Source: a bacterium
GTDB taxonomy: Bacteria > Fidelibacterota > Marinisomatia > Marinisomatales > UBA1611
Length of the DNA stretch: 64,000 bases
NCBI GenBank assembly: GCA_038127595.1
Contig: JAYPIC010000001.1
Coordinates: 34,618 to 98,617 of the forward strand
Direction: 5' to 3'
The notes under the pieces were generated by a model, which made no database searches, was not told where the DNA came from, and saw only the letters and a list, made by a program, of their open reading frames with translations. Of the stretch, positions 48,373-58,614 are shown piece after piece (positions within the stretch are counted from its first letter, which is position 1; each line of letters opens with the position of its first letter). The position numbers and the translations under genes were made by a program.

Positions 48373-48462
48373 AATATTTATTTCCCTTATCTTTAAAAAT
48401 ATTAAGCTTTTAAATTTAGCTCTCAATATTTTCTTAGAACGAAACATATTTTAATTTTTTTT

Positions 48463-49770
48463 ATGAGTACAATAGCAAAAAGGATAGCTTTTCATACGCT
48501 AGGTTGTAAGTTGAATTTTTCGGAGACATCAACACTGTCGAGAGACTCACTTAAGTATGGTTATGAAAATGTTGACTCTAAAGAGTTTGCGGACATATAT
48601 GTATTTAATACATGCTCAGTTACAGAAAATGCTAATAAAGAAACTCGTAAACTTATCAGAAGAAGTAAGCGTATTAATCCAAACGCATTCATTACTCTTG
48701 TAGGGTGTTATGCTCAATTAAAACCAGAAGAATTAACAAATATTGAGGATGTAAATCTTGTTTTAGGCACAGAAGATAAATTTGAATTGCTAAACCATTT
48801 AGATCGAATTGATTTTTCTAATGATATTAAATCATCTTATAGTGGACCCATAACAGACGTAAAAACATTTAAGCCATCTTACTCTAGTGACGACCGGACT
48901 AGATCTTTTTTGAAAGTACAAGATGGTTGTGACTATAATTGCACTTTCTGTACTATCCCACTAGCGAGAGGTAAAAGTAGAAACGCATCGATTAAAAAGA
49001 CTGTTAGATTGGCTAAAGACATTTCTAGAACAAATGCGAAAGAAATTGTTTTAACGGGAGTAAACATTGGTGATTTTGGAAAAGGGACACACGAAAATTT
49101 TTATGATTTAATTCAACAAATAGATAATAAAGTTGATATTGAAAGAATTAGAATTTCCTCCATTGAACCTAATTTATTAACTGATGAAATAATTGAGTTC
49201 TGTTTCTTATCAAAAAAATTTATGCCGCATTTTCACATACCTTTACAATCTGGATCTGACAGGATGTTAAAATCCATGAAGAGAAGATATACAACTAGTC
49301 TGTATTCCGATAGAATAAATAAAATAAAAAGTTTTGATCAAGATGCATGTATCGGTGTAGATGTAATTGTTGGATATCCAACGGAGTCCGATGAAGACTT
49401 TCTTGAGACTTATAATTTTCTAAAAAGCAATGATGTTTCTTATTTACATGTTTTTACATATTCTGAAAGGGAAAATACAGAGGCCATAGGTATTAGACCT
49501 GTAGTGCCTCATAGTGAAAGGTCCAGAAGGTCTAAAATTTTGCATGAACTATCGGACAAGAAAAAGTCTGCCTTTTATGAAAAATCTATTGGAAAAACAA
49601 AACCAGTACTGGTTGAGAAAAATAAAAACGGTATGTTATTTGGTTATACTGATAATTATATTAAAACAAGAATTAAAGGACCAGTTTCTTTAGAAAACAC
49701 TATACAAAACGTACTTATTTCGGACTTTAAAACAAGTTATGTAGAATGTGAGGTGTTGACGACTAGTTAG
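48463..49770 (+). CDS. mtaB: tRNA t6A37 methylthiotransferase
   Basis: TLGCKLNFSE, NTCSVT, GCYAQ, KVQDGCDYNCTFC, RISSIEP, HFHIPLQSG, HVFTYSER. Confidence 0.92.
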   Translation: MSTIAKRIAFHTLGCKLNFSETSTLSRDSLKYGYENVDSKEFADIYVFNTCSVTENANKETRKLIRRSKRINPNAFITLVGCYAQLKPEELTNIEDVNLVLGTEDKFELLNHLDRIDFSNDIKSSYSGPITDVKTFKPSYSSDDRTRSFLKVQDGCDYNCTFCTIPLARGKSRNASIKKTVRLAKDISRTNAKEIVLTGVNIGDFGKGTHENFYDLIQQIDNKVDIERIRISSIEPNLLTDEIIEFCFLSKKFMPHFHIPLQSGSDRMLKSMKRRYTTSLYSDRINKIKSFDQDACIGVDVIVGYPTESDEDFLETYNFLKSNDVSYLHVFTYSERENTEAIGIRPVVPHSERSRRSKILHELSDKKKSAFYEKSIGKTKPVLVEKNKNGMLFGYTDNYIKTRIKGPVSLENTIQNVLISDFKTSYVECEVLTTS

Positions 49771-50554
49771 TGTCTGTTTTTTTTATTTCATATAAAATTT
49801 GATCCCAGAATTTTATTCTTGATTTCATAACCTTTTTCCCGCAATCTATGCTTTCTTTCCATTTTTGTTCATCATCTCCACATATCTCTTTAATCATTTT
49901 TAATGCTAACGGTGTGTGTTCATCCTCATCAAGACCAATATGCCTGTCAAGATAATAGATGAAAGATTTATATTGGCCAGAAGAGTTGCTTTCAAGATCT
50001 TCTACAAGTTCACGGAACATATCGGGGATTATTTCTTCTCTTCCAAGAGTAAAAATTGTTGCGGTAAGATGCGGTTTATTCATGTCCACATATCTAAATG
50101 TATCTAAAACAAATTTTTTAGCAGCTTTTGGAGCTCTGCTTTTAATAAGCGAATTTTTTAGGTCTAAACTGTCCAGTTCGGTGAGAAAACTTTCTATCTT
50201 TTTTGTGTCGGCACCAGCCTCTTTCATGGCATGATAATACATTTCGAAGTGGCTAAGGTGTTGCCCAAACCTATCAATATCCGATTCTTCTGCAAGAACA
50301 ATTTCATTTAACAACCTAGACAAGTTGGCATTGGGTTTTGGACGCCAAGGAATTTCTACGCAAGTAAATTCTTTTTGAAGTGACTTCAATACTGACATAA
50401 AATCCCATACAGCAAAAACATGGTGCTCCATAAAAATGTGCAGATGTCGTTCAGTTTTGATAGAGCTATATAAAATATGATTTTTTAAGATATTTCTTTC
50501 ATCTTGCGTCTCATCAAGAATATTAAGTAGGTTATTTTTAAGTAGTTTGAACAT
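49763..50554 (-). CDS. DUF3050 family protein (heme-oxygenase-like fold, inferred)
   Basis: FMEHHVFAVWDFMS.LK.LQ, W.P, NEIVL.EESD, SHFEMY, GRE..IP.MF, YYL.RHI.LD...H. Confidence 0.85.
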   Translation of the reverse strand: MFKLLKNNLLNILDETQDERNILKNHILYSSIKTERHLHIFMEHHVFAVWDFMSVLKSLQKEFTCVEIPWRPKPNANLSRLLNEIVLAEESDIDRFGQHLSHFEMYYHAMKEAGADTKKIESFLTELDSLDLKNSLIKSRAPKAAKKFVLDTFRYVDMNKPHLTATIFTLGREEIIPDMFRELVEDLESNSSGQYKSFIYYLDRHIGLDEDEHTPLALKMIKEICGDDEQKWKESIDCGKKVMKSRIKFWDQILYEIKKTDTN

Positions 50555-50556
50555 CG

Positions 50557-53376
50557 CTATTTATATTCGTTTATGGTGGGGCATGTACATACAAGATTTC
50601 TATCACCATATGCATTATCTATTCTGCTTACAGGTGGCCAATATTTATGAGTTTTTTGATGTTCAGATGGATAAGCCGCTTCATTTCTTGTGTATGGATG
50701 ATTCCAATTATCTGATGCTATTTGAATTGCTGTATGAGGAGCATTTTTAAGGGGAGATTCACTAAAATTAACACTGTCTTCAATCTCCTTTTTGATAGAA
50801 ATAAGAGCATCACAAAATTGATCAAGTTCTCTTTTCGATTCACTCTCTGTTGGTTCTATCATCATTGTACCAGGTACTGGCCAGGACATAGTGGGAGCAT
50901 GATACCCATAATCCATCAATCTTTTTGCGACATCCTCCTCATTAATACCATATTCTTTTTTTATTGGCCTGATGTCGATGATGAATTCGTGCGCATTAAA
51001 ACTGCCTTTTTCTCTGAAGAGAATATTGTAATAAGGGCTTAATCTTTCAGCCATATAGTTTGCATTTAATATTGCTATTTTTGTTGCTTCTGTTAACCCT
51101 TTAGTATTTAGTAATGATATATAAACCCAGGAGATAAGAAGTATACTACTGCTTCCATAGGGTGCTGCTGATACAGGATTAATGGCATTTTCATTCTCGT
51201 TCGGAGTATTGTATGAATGCGAGGGCAAAAACTTCGAAAGATGTTCTTTACAGACGATTGGGCCCATGCCAGGCCCGCCACCACCATGAGGTATGCAAAA
51301 TGTTTTATGAAGATTAATATGCATAACATCTCCACCAAACTCTCCCGGCTTACAGAGTCCAACCATAGCATTTAAATTTGCTCCATCAATATATACTTGC
51401 CCGCCATGATCGTGTACTATATCACAAGCTTCTTGAATTTCATTTTCAAAAATTCCATGTGTAGAGGGGTAGGTTAGCATTATGGCAGATAAATTTTCTG
51501 AGTGTAACTCTGCTTTTGCTTTTAAATCTTGAATATCAATGTTTCCATTTTGATCGCATGAGATTATCTCAACTGACATACCAGCCATTATCGCGCTTGC
51601 AGGATTTGTTCCATGCGCAGATTCTGGGACTAAACAAATATTACGATGTTTTTCATTTCGACTAATATGGTAAGCCCTTATTATTAACAGCCCTGTATAC
51701 TCTCCCTGTGCTCCTGAATTTGGTTGTAAGGAGCAGTCATCGAAGCCTGTTAATATTGAAAGCCAAGATTTCAAATCATCAAAAATTTTCATATATCCTT
51801 CGACCTGCTCAACTGGTACAAAAGGGTGAATATTACTAAACTTTGGCCAAGTTACAGGTACCATTTCTGTCGTAGCATTTAGTTTCATTGTGCAAGACCC
51901 TAGAGGAATCATACTTGTATTTAATGATAGATCTTTTGTTTCAAGTTTGTGTATGTATCTAAGCATTTCGGTTTCAGAGTGGAAGGAATTAAAGACGTCG
52001 TGTTTTAGATAGTCCGTTTTTCTTAAGCATTTATCATTTAGGGAGTTACTTTGTAGTAGATCAATTTTTTTTACTTCAAATATTTCACAAATTTTAAAAA
52101 TGTCATCTTCCTTTGTTTCTTCATCAATGGTAACTCCGACACTACCATCATCATATTTTCTAAAGTTAAACTTTGCGTTTTCCGCCAGTGGCTCCCAATT
52201 ATTTTTTGGTTTGAATCGAATTGTGTCAAAAAATTTTTTGTGAAAAAGGTCAATACCTGATGCTAAAAGTGACTCAGCTAATTGATTACATTGTCTATTT
52301 ACTGTCTGTGCAATATGTTTAATTTTTTTAGGCCCATTGTAAACAGCGTACATTGAAGACATTATTGCCAAAAGAACTTGAGAAGTGCATATGTTTGATG
52401 TCGCTTTTTCTCTTCTAATATGTTGCTCTCTAGTTTGCAAAGCCATTCTCAAAGCTCTATTGCCGTGGCTGTCATTAGATACTCCAATGATTCTACCCGG
52501 GATTTTTCTCTTAAATTCATCTGTTGTTGCAAAAAAAGCAGCATGTGGGCCACCATACCCCAAAGGGACTCCAAATCTTTGTGCGTTTCCTACAGCTGCA
52601 TCTGCGTTCATTTCACCTGGCGTTTTTAGTATGCTAAGAGCCAAAAGATCTGTTGTTAAACAAGTGTATATATTTTTGTTTTTTGCCTCATTTATTAATT
52701 CTGTATAATCACAAAGGTTGCCATCTGTATGAGGATATTGTAGTAACATACCAAACTCTGTTCCATCAAAAACAAGTTCTTTCTCATCTTGAATGACTAA
52801 AAGAATATCTAATGGTTCTGATCTTGTTTTTAAAACATCAATTGTTTGGGGATGGCAATTTTTTGAAACCAAAAAAGTCTTTTTATCTTTTGACTTAGTT
52901 GCATTGAAAAACATTGTCATCGCTTCAGCGGCTGCTGTTCCTTCATCTAATAAAGATGCATTGGCAATGGGCAAGTCTGTAGAGCTTGAGATTAAGGTTT
53001 GAAAATTTAATAAAGCTTCTAAACGGCCTTGGCTAATTTCGGCTTGATATGGAGTATATTGAGTGTACCATCCGGGATTTTCAAAAATATTTCTTTTAAT
53101 TACATTTGGGACAATAGTTCCATAGTAGCCCATTCCAATGAAAGACCTGTATAAGGTATTTTTATTTGCATAACCTTTTAACTTAAATAAAACTTCATCC
53201 TCATTAAGATTAATATCGATTAAATCCTCATCAATTTTTGATAAAATATTTGAAGGTATTACTTTTTTTATAAGTTCATCAATAGTGCTAACAGACATAG
53301 ATTTAAGCATTAGATCAATGTCGGTGTTACTTGGACCAATGTGTCTTTTTAAAAAATTAAAACGGCTTTTTTTCAT
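50557..53376 (-). CDS. gcvP: Glycine dehydrogenase (decarboxylating), single-chain P protein
   Basis: RHIGP, YTPYQAEISQGRLE, SLLDEGTAAAE, REKATSNICT, PLGSCTMKLN, NLHKTFCIPHGGGGPG. Confidence 0.98.
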   Translation of the reverse strand: MKKSRFNFLKRHIGPSNTDIDLMLKSMSVSTIDELIKKVIPSNILSKIDEDLIDINLNEDEVLFKLKGYANKNTLYRSFIGMGYYGTIVPNVIKRNIFENPGWYTQYTPYQAEISQGRLEALLNFQTLISSSTDLPIANASLLDEGTAAAEAMTMFFNATKSKDKKTFLVSKNCHPQTIDVLKTRSEPLDILLVIQDEKELVFDGTEFGMLLQYPHTDGNLCDYTELINEAKNKNIYTCLTTDLLALSILKTPGEMNADAAVGNAQRFGVPLGYGGPHAAFFATTDEFKRKIPGRIIGVSNDSHGNRALRMALQTREQHIRREKATSNICTSQVLLAIMSSMYAVYNGPKKIKHIAQTVNRQCNQLAESLLASGIDLFHKKFFDTIRFKPKNNWEPLAENAKFNFRKYDDGSVGVTIDEETKEDDIFKICEIFEVKKIDLLQSNSLNDKCLRKTDYLKHDVFNSFHSETEMLRYIHKLETKDLSLNTSMIPLGSCTMKLNATTEMVPVTWPKFSNIHPFVPVEQVEGYMKIFDDLKSWLSILTGFDDCSLQPNSGAQGEYTGLLIIRAYHISRNEKHRNICLVPESAHGTNPASAIMAGMSVEIISCDQNGNIDIQDLKAKAELHSENLSAIMLTYPSTHGIFENEIQEACDIVHDHGGQVYIDGANLNAMVGLCKPGEFGGDVMHINLHKTFCIPHGGGGPGMGPIVCKEHLSKFLPSHSYNTPNENENAINPVSAAPYGSSSILLISWVYISLLNTKGLTEATKIAILNANYMAERLSPYYNILFREKGSFNAHEFIIDIRPIKKEYGINEEDVAKRLMDYGYHAPTMSWPVPGTMMIEPTESESKRELDQFCDALISIKKEIEDSVNFSESPLKNAPHTAIQIASDNWNHPYTRNEAAYPSEHQKTHKYWPPVSRIDNAYGDRNLVCTCPTINEYK

Positions 53377-53556
53377 AATTTATAAAACATTATTTAAAAT
53401 TTAATTTTAAAGGTTTAAATGAATTCAAATTTATAATCATTATGCTAATGGAATCGCAATATATAATTTTGAAATTAAAATTTCAGATATAGACGTTAAT
53501 GAGATAAGTTTAGTATAGAATAACTGTTAAAAAATTTTAATTAAGTAGGAACAAAT

Positions 53557-54255
53557 ATGTCAATAACGCGACTTGTTGAATTGCAAGATATAGACTCTCA
53601 ACTTGAAGACCTCAATAGCCTCTTAGGTGATTTGCCTAAAATGGTTGATGAGCTGAATGAAAAAGAAAATAGCTTAAAAGATAGAGTTGAAGCGGATAAG
53701 GTAACTTTAAAAGAAATTATTCTCAATAGTAGTAAGTCTGAGAAAGTGAATTCTGACATTCAGGAAAAAATAAATAAATTAACAGACCAGTTATTTCTTG
53801 TTACAAATAACAAACAGTATGATGCTCTAACCAATGAAATTGAACACCTAAAAGAACAAAAAAAAGAAAACGAAGAACTTTTAATTTCAAATTTAGAAGA
53901 AAAAGAAACTCTGGAAAAAAATATAAACAAAAATGAAGCGTCACTAGAAGAGTTGAAAACTGATCTTGATGTTAGGCGTAATAAGCTAGATGAGGCATTA
54001 TCGGAGACCGCTGATGAAAAAGCAGCTTTAGAAAATTCCAGGAAAAAACAAGTAACAGAAATTGATGATAATACGATGCAGGTATATAATAAAGTCATAT
54101 CTGCAAGGTCTGGTATTGCTGTCGTTCCGCTTTCAGGAAATTCTTGTGGAGGTTGTGGCGCAGCTCTACCTTTGCAAATGGTATCTGAAATCAGAGCAGG
54201 CGATCTTCATAACTGCCAAAGTTGTGGTAGATTTGTTTATAATAAGAAAAATTAA
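53557..54255 (+). CDS. Coiled-coil protein with C4 zinc ribbon (DUF164/CT398-like)
   Basis: LQ.ID, long heptad region, CGGC and CQSCGR. Confidence 0.9.
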   Translation: MSITRLVELQDIDSQLEDLNSLLGDLPKMVDELNEKENSLKDRVEADKVTLKEIILNSSKSEKVNSDIQEKINKLTDQLFLVTNNKQYDALTNEIEHLKEQKKENEELLISNLEEKETLEKNINKNEASLEELKTDLDVRRNKLDEALSETADEKAALENSRKKQVTEIDDNTMQVYNKVISARSGIAVVPLSGNSCGGCGAALPLQMVSEIRAGDLHNCQSCGRFVYNKKN

Positions 54256-54260
54256 TTTAT

Positions 54261-54620
54261 TGAGCTAGTTGGATGATTGCTCTATTAAAATTAATTTTTA
54301 ATAGAGAGGAAAGTCCGGGCACCGCAGAACATAGAGCCTTTTAACGAAAGGAATCCGTGAGGATATGGAAAGTGCAGCAGAAAATAAACCGCCTGTTTTC
54401 AGGTAAGGGTGAAAAGGTGGTGTAAGAGACCACCAGTCTTTCTTTAAAGAGATTGAGCTTGTAAACCCCTCTAGGTGCAAGGTCGAATAGTTTCAGAGAT
54501 GTTGTTCGCATTGTTTGATGAATGGGTAGATCGCTTCAGCATAATGGCAACATTATGCGCAGATAAATAATCATCTATCCTCTTTAGAGGTGGACAGGAC
54601 TCGGCTTATAGACTAGCTCA
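54261..54620 (+). ncRNA. rnpB: RNase P RNA (type A)
   Basis: GAGGAAAGTCCGGGC, AGTGCAGCAGAAA, GGGTGAAAAGGTGGTGTAAGAGACCACC, GTAAACCCC, ACAGGACTCGGCTTA; terminal helix TGAGCTAGT/ACTAGCTCA. Confidence 0.97.
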
Positions 54621-54647
54621 AAAATATACGATAACGGAATTATCTAC

Positions 54648-56957
54648 ATGGGAAAAGAAAACCTATCATCTTCTTTTTTATCTAAAGAAGTAAAATTTTT
54701 TCAACAAAACTTAAAACAGATTGGAATTATCTTTTCATTAGTTATATTGATCTCATTATTATTTCCTGGCGGTGAAGCTTTGAAATATTCTTATAAAATT
54801 AATGATGTCACTAGGGAACCAATCATTGCTCCTTACACGTTCCCGATTCTGAAAACAGAGAAAGATTATGATGAAGATAAAAAAGCAGAGAAAAAATCAG
54901 TAGCATATATTTTCAACAGGAATCAAGAGATTGCAAATATTCAACTAAAAATTATTGATGAATTTTTTGAAACTGTGAATGAATACAGATTGGCAAAGTG
55001 GAGATTTAGTCAATCAAAACAACTATATTATGAGCGTAAGTACCATCCTACTGCGGAAAAAGCAAAAAATGAATTTTTTGCTGACAGTACTAGCTTAGTT
55101 ATGGTTTCCAATGATTTTAAAAATAATTATCCATTTACAGTTTTAAAAGATTCTTCATGGAATAAATATTTAACTACAGATGATGAGCCTAGGAAAATAA
55201 GAGACTGGATTTCTCATAAAAACATAGTGAAACAAATATGCAAAAATAGGTGGTCAGAAGGAATTTATGAAATCCCATTAGATAGTATCCTAAGTGATAA
55301 AGTAAAAATTAATCAAGGCGAAGTTCCAATTATCACAAAAAAATCTGATTTTAATAGTTTAGAGCTAGCCTGGATCAAATCTAAAGAAGAGTATATAAGC
55401 AAAGTCTTAACTGAAAGTATTTTCTTTGACATTGGGTATGACATTATTGTTGAGCACTTGGTTCCAAATCTTGCATATGATAGGCAATTAACTGAGTCAA
55501 ATCAAAGACTGAGTATTCAGCAAGTACCAAGAAGTAAGGGAGTTGTTTTAGAAAATGAGTTAATTGTTGATGCAAACATTAGGATTACAGAGGACGTAAT
55601 TCAGAAGTTAAACTCTCTCTCTGCTTCTATTGATAGTATGAATGAGGGTAGACCTGTAGATAATGTATGGAGCTATTTAGGGCGAGTGATTTTATTATCA
55701 GTAGTTGTCTCCCTGTTCTTTACCTTTTTATACATGTATAGAATAGATGTTTTTTCAGATTGGAAGATGATTTTATTGATGTCAATCATAATGCTCTTTC
55801 AAATGCTATTAGCCTCATTAATTATTAATTATTTTCAATTTTCTGAATACTTAGTTCCTATATCTGTAGGTGCACTAACACTTACAATTTTGTTTGATGC
55901 TAGAATTGGCTTTATGTCAACAGTTGCAGTGTCAATTTTAGTAGGGTTAATGATGGGACAAAATATTGATTTTGTTATTTCCTCGCTATTTATATCAACT
56001 GTAGGGGTATATAACATTCGTGAACTAAGGAAAAGAAGTCAATTATTCACAACAATGTTTGCTCTGATAGCAGCGAGTATTGTCGTTATAATTGCTATTG
56101 GGCTATTTAAAGAACAATCTTGGGCTAAAATCATCCTCGATTTGCAGATTTTAACATTAAATAGTTTTTTAGCACCAATCATTACCTATGGATTAATTGG
56201 ATTGACAGAAATGGTTTTTGAAGTAACCACGGATTTAACATTAATTGAATTACTTGATTATGATAGGCCTTTACTTAAAAGAGCACAAAGAGAAACGAAT
56301 GGTACATTTAATCATAGTATTGTTGTTGGTAATCTAGCTGAAGCATGTGCGACAGCTATTGGAGCACATTCTCTTTTATGCAGGGTTGGGGCTTATTATC
56401 ATGACATTGGTAAAATGATTAAAGCTGATTATTTTATTGAAAATCAGTATGCCTCGGATAATAAGCATGATGCAATAAAGCCAACAATGAGTGCAAAAAT
56501 AATTAGAAGTCATGTCAACAATGGTTTACAATTAGCTAGGGAGTATGGTTTACCTAAAATCGTTTCAGATTTTATTCCAATGCATCATGGAACTACTAGA
56601 GTTGAATATTTTTATCGTCAAGCTCTAGAGGCAGTTGGAGGTGATGAGTCAAAAATTGATGAAAGTCAATTTCGATATCCTGGCCCTAAGCCAAATACAA
56701 AAGAAACAGGTATATTAATGATATGCGAAGCAATTGAAGCTGCTGTTCGCTCTATAAAAAATCCTGATATTATGAAAATTGAGAATATGATAGATAAGAT
56801 CATAAAGCAAAGAATTGATGATGGGCAGTTAAGTGAATGTCCATTAACACTTGATGAGCTTAATAAAATCAAGGGTACTGTAGATGGGAATACCGGTATG
56901 CTTCACGTGCTTAGAGGAATTTATCACATACGTATTGAATACCCTGATGATAAATAG
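54648..56957 (+). CDS. 7TM-HD phosphohydrolase (PgpH-like cyclic-dinucleotide phosphodiesterase family)
   Basis: Extracytoplasmic domain plus 7TM; GTFNHS, YYHDIGK, YFIENQ, HHGT, FRYPGPKP, EAAVRS. Confidence 0.9.
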   Translation: MGKENLSSSFLSKEVKFFQQNLKQIGIIFSLVILISLLFPGGEALKYSYKINDVTREPIIAPYTFPILKTEKDYDEDKKAEKKSVAYIFNRNQEIANIQLKIIDEFFETVNEYRLAKWRFSQSKQLYYERKYHPTAEKAKNEFFADSTSLVMVSNDFKNNYPFTVLKDSSWNKYLTTDDEPRKIRDWISHKNIVKQICKNRWSEGIYEIPLDSILSDKVKINQGEVPIITKKSDFNSLELAWIKSKEEYISKVLTESIFFDIGYDIIVEHLVPNLAYDRQLTESNQRLSIQQVPRSKGVVLENELIVDANIRITEDVIQKLNSLSASIDSMNEGRPVDNVWSYLGRVILLSVVVSLFFTFLYMYRIDVFSDWKMILLMSIIMLFQMLLASLIINYFQFSEYLVPISVGALTLTILFDARIGFMSTVAVSILVGLMMGQNIDFVISSLFISTVGVYNIRELRKRSQLFTTMFALIAASIVVIIAIGLFKEQSWAKIILDLQILTLNSFLAPIITYGLIGLTEMVFEVTTDLTLIELLDYDRPLLKRAQRETNGTFNHSIVVGNLAEACATAIGAHSLLCRVGAYYHDIGKMIKADYFIENQYASDNKHDAIKPTMSAKIIRSHVNNGLQLAREYGLPKIVSDFIPMHHGTTRVEYFYRQALEAVGGDESKIDESQFRYPGPKPNTKETGILMICEAIEAAVRSIKNPDIMKIENMIDKIIKQRIDDGQLSECPLTLDELNKIKGTVDGNTGMLHVLRGIYHIRIEYPDDK

Positions 56958-56972
56958 TCTATATTTATTCTT

Positions 56973-57416
56973 ATGATGAACGTTAATGTATTTATAGATA
57001 AAGAATATGAAAAATTAAACGAATCTCTTTGCAAGTCAATAATTGAAAAAGTTTTAACTCATTACAAATATACGTCTTATGATGTTAATGTCATTTTTAC
57101 ATCAGATATACACTTAAGTGATTTAAAAAAAGAGTTTTTTTCTAAGGATCAATGGACAGATGTAATTGCTTTCCCCCTACAAAGAGACTCTAAGTTTATA
57201 GAAGGTGAAATATACATAAGCATACCTACAGCCAAAAAAAATGCTAACTTATTTAAAGAACCATATAAAAAAGAATTAGGAAGGTTAATTATTCACGGTT
57301 TATTGCATTTGTTAGGTATTGAGGACAAGTCTATAGAGCAAAAAAAGAAGATGACTATACTTGAAGAAAAATTCTTAGAGGATGAATTATGGCGAGGGTT
57401 AATTGAAAAATCATAA
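56973..57416 (+). CDS. ybeY: rRNA maturation endoribonuclease YbeY
   Basis: TDVIAF, GEIYIS, HGLLHLLG. Confidence 0.9.
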   Translation: MMNVNVFIDKEYEKLNESLCKSIIEKVLTHYKYTSYDVNVIFTSDIHLSDLKKEFFSKDQWTDVIAFPLQRDSKFIEGEIYISIPTAKKNANLFKEPYKKELGRLIIHGLLHLLGIEDKSIEQKKKMTILEEKFLEDELWRGLIEKS

Positions 57417-58185
57417 AATTAATACGCAATTGTTTCAGGAATTAAATGATATAGTAAATAAACTAAGAAAACCTGGCGGGTGTGATTGGGATAGAGCTCA
57501 AACTGCAAATACATTAATTCCATATTTCATCGAAGAGGTATATGAATTGATAGATGGAATAGATAAAAAAGATTCTAACAATATTAAAGAAGAACTAGGT
57601 GATGTTTTATTACATATTATTTTTCAGTCTCAAATCGCTTTAGAAAAAAATTTTTTTACAATCAATGATGTTATTGATGGTATAAACGAAAAATTGATTA
57701 AAAGGCACCCGAAAGTTTTTAACCAATCTAAGTCTCAAAATGATGTAAAGGATGAACAAAATTGGGAAAAAGAAAAACAAAAAAACAAAAATAGAAAATC
57801 AAGGATTGATGGGGTGCCGAAAATTTTACCTTCAATATTATCAGCACAAAGGATTCAAGAAAAAGCTTCAACCGTAGGTTTTGATTGGTCTAGCGTTAAT
57901 CAGGTGTGGAAAAAATTAGAAGAAGAACTATTAGAGGTTAGAGCGGCTCAAAAAGAAAATGATTACAATAGGATTGAAGAAGAGCTAGGTGATTTAATTT
58001 TCTCAGTTGTAAATCTTTGCAGATTTTTAAATGTTTCAGCAGAAAATGCATTAAGGAAAGCCAATAAAAAATTCAAAAAGCGATTTAATTTGCTAGAAGA
58101 CCATGTATCAAAATCAGGGAGAGAAATAGAAGATTTTTCTATTAATGAATTAAATGAAATTTGGGATTTAATTAAGAAAGGTTAG
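57403..58185 (+). CDS. mazG: Nucleoside triphosphate pyrophosphohydrolase MazG
   Basis: LR..GGC.WD..QT, EEVYE, EELGD twice, RHP.VF, GFDW. Confidence 0.95.
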   Translation: MKNHKINTQLFQELNDIVNKLRKPGGCDWDRAQTANTLIPYFIEEVYELIDGIDKKDSNNIKEELGDVLLHIIFQSQIALEKNFFTINDVIDGINEKLIKRHPKVFNQSKSQNDVKDEQNWEKEKQKNKNRKSRIDGVPKILPSILSAQRIQEKASTVGFDWSSVNQVWKKLEEELLEVRAAQKENDYNRIEEELGDLIFSVVNLCRFLNVSAENALRKANKKFKKRFNLLEDHVSKSGREIEDFSINELNEIWDLIKKG

Positions 58186-58607
58186 TTATTCACACCATTG
58201 ATTATCACTGATAAGTTTCTTTTGGTGATATTATTTCGGTGTTCACATAAAAATATTCCTTGCCAGGTGCCTAGATCAAGAGCTCCTCTTTTTATTGGAA
58301 TAGAAATAGAATTACCAAGAATTGACGATTTAAGATGCGCAGGCATATCGTCATCACCCTCAAAAGTGTGCTCATAGTACGGATCTTTCTCTGGTACCAT
58401 TTTATTAAAATAATACTCAAAGTCATTCCTGACACTTTTATCTGCATTTTCATTAATTGTTAGTGATGCCGAAGTATGTTTTATAAATAAATTAAGTATT
58501 CCAATACGAAAATCATTTATTTCAGGAATTTTTTTTTCAATTTCATATGTAATTAAGTGAAATCCTCTACATTTATTTATGATCACAATATTTTTTTCTA
58601 TCCACAT
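58182..58607 (-). CDS. yjbQ: YjbQ family protein (secondary thiamine-phosphate synthase)
   Basis: HTSASLTINENAD, EG.DDMPAH.KS, LGTWQGIFL.EHR. Confidence 0.9.
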   Translation of the reverse strand: MWIEKNIVIINKCRGFHLITYEIEKKIPEINDFRIGILNLFIKHTSASLTINENADKSVRNDFEYYFNKMVPEKDPYYEHTFEGDDDMPAHLKSSILGNSISIPIKRGALDLGTWQGIFLCEHRNNITKRNLSVIINGVNN

Positions 58608-58614
58608 ATCTAAA

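Noticed and set aside
7791..48447. Long apparent gene overlaps in the ORF track (lpxK, MFS, queA, plsC, PAS-MenA N-termini)
   Set aside because: Artefacts of choosing the most upstream start; downstream ATGs give short normal overlaps, so there is no evidence of frameshifts or pseudogenes
53377..53556. Possible glycine riboswitch upstream of gcvP
   Set aside because: Very AT-rich with no GGAGA...CCGAAG...CTCTCAGG aptamer core on the minus strand; looks like a divergent promoter region
54298..54480. 60-aa minus-strand ORF
   Set aside because: Antisense shadow of the RNase P RNA gene
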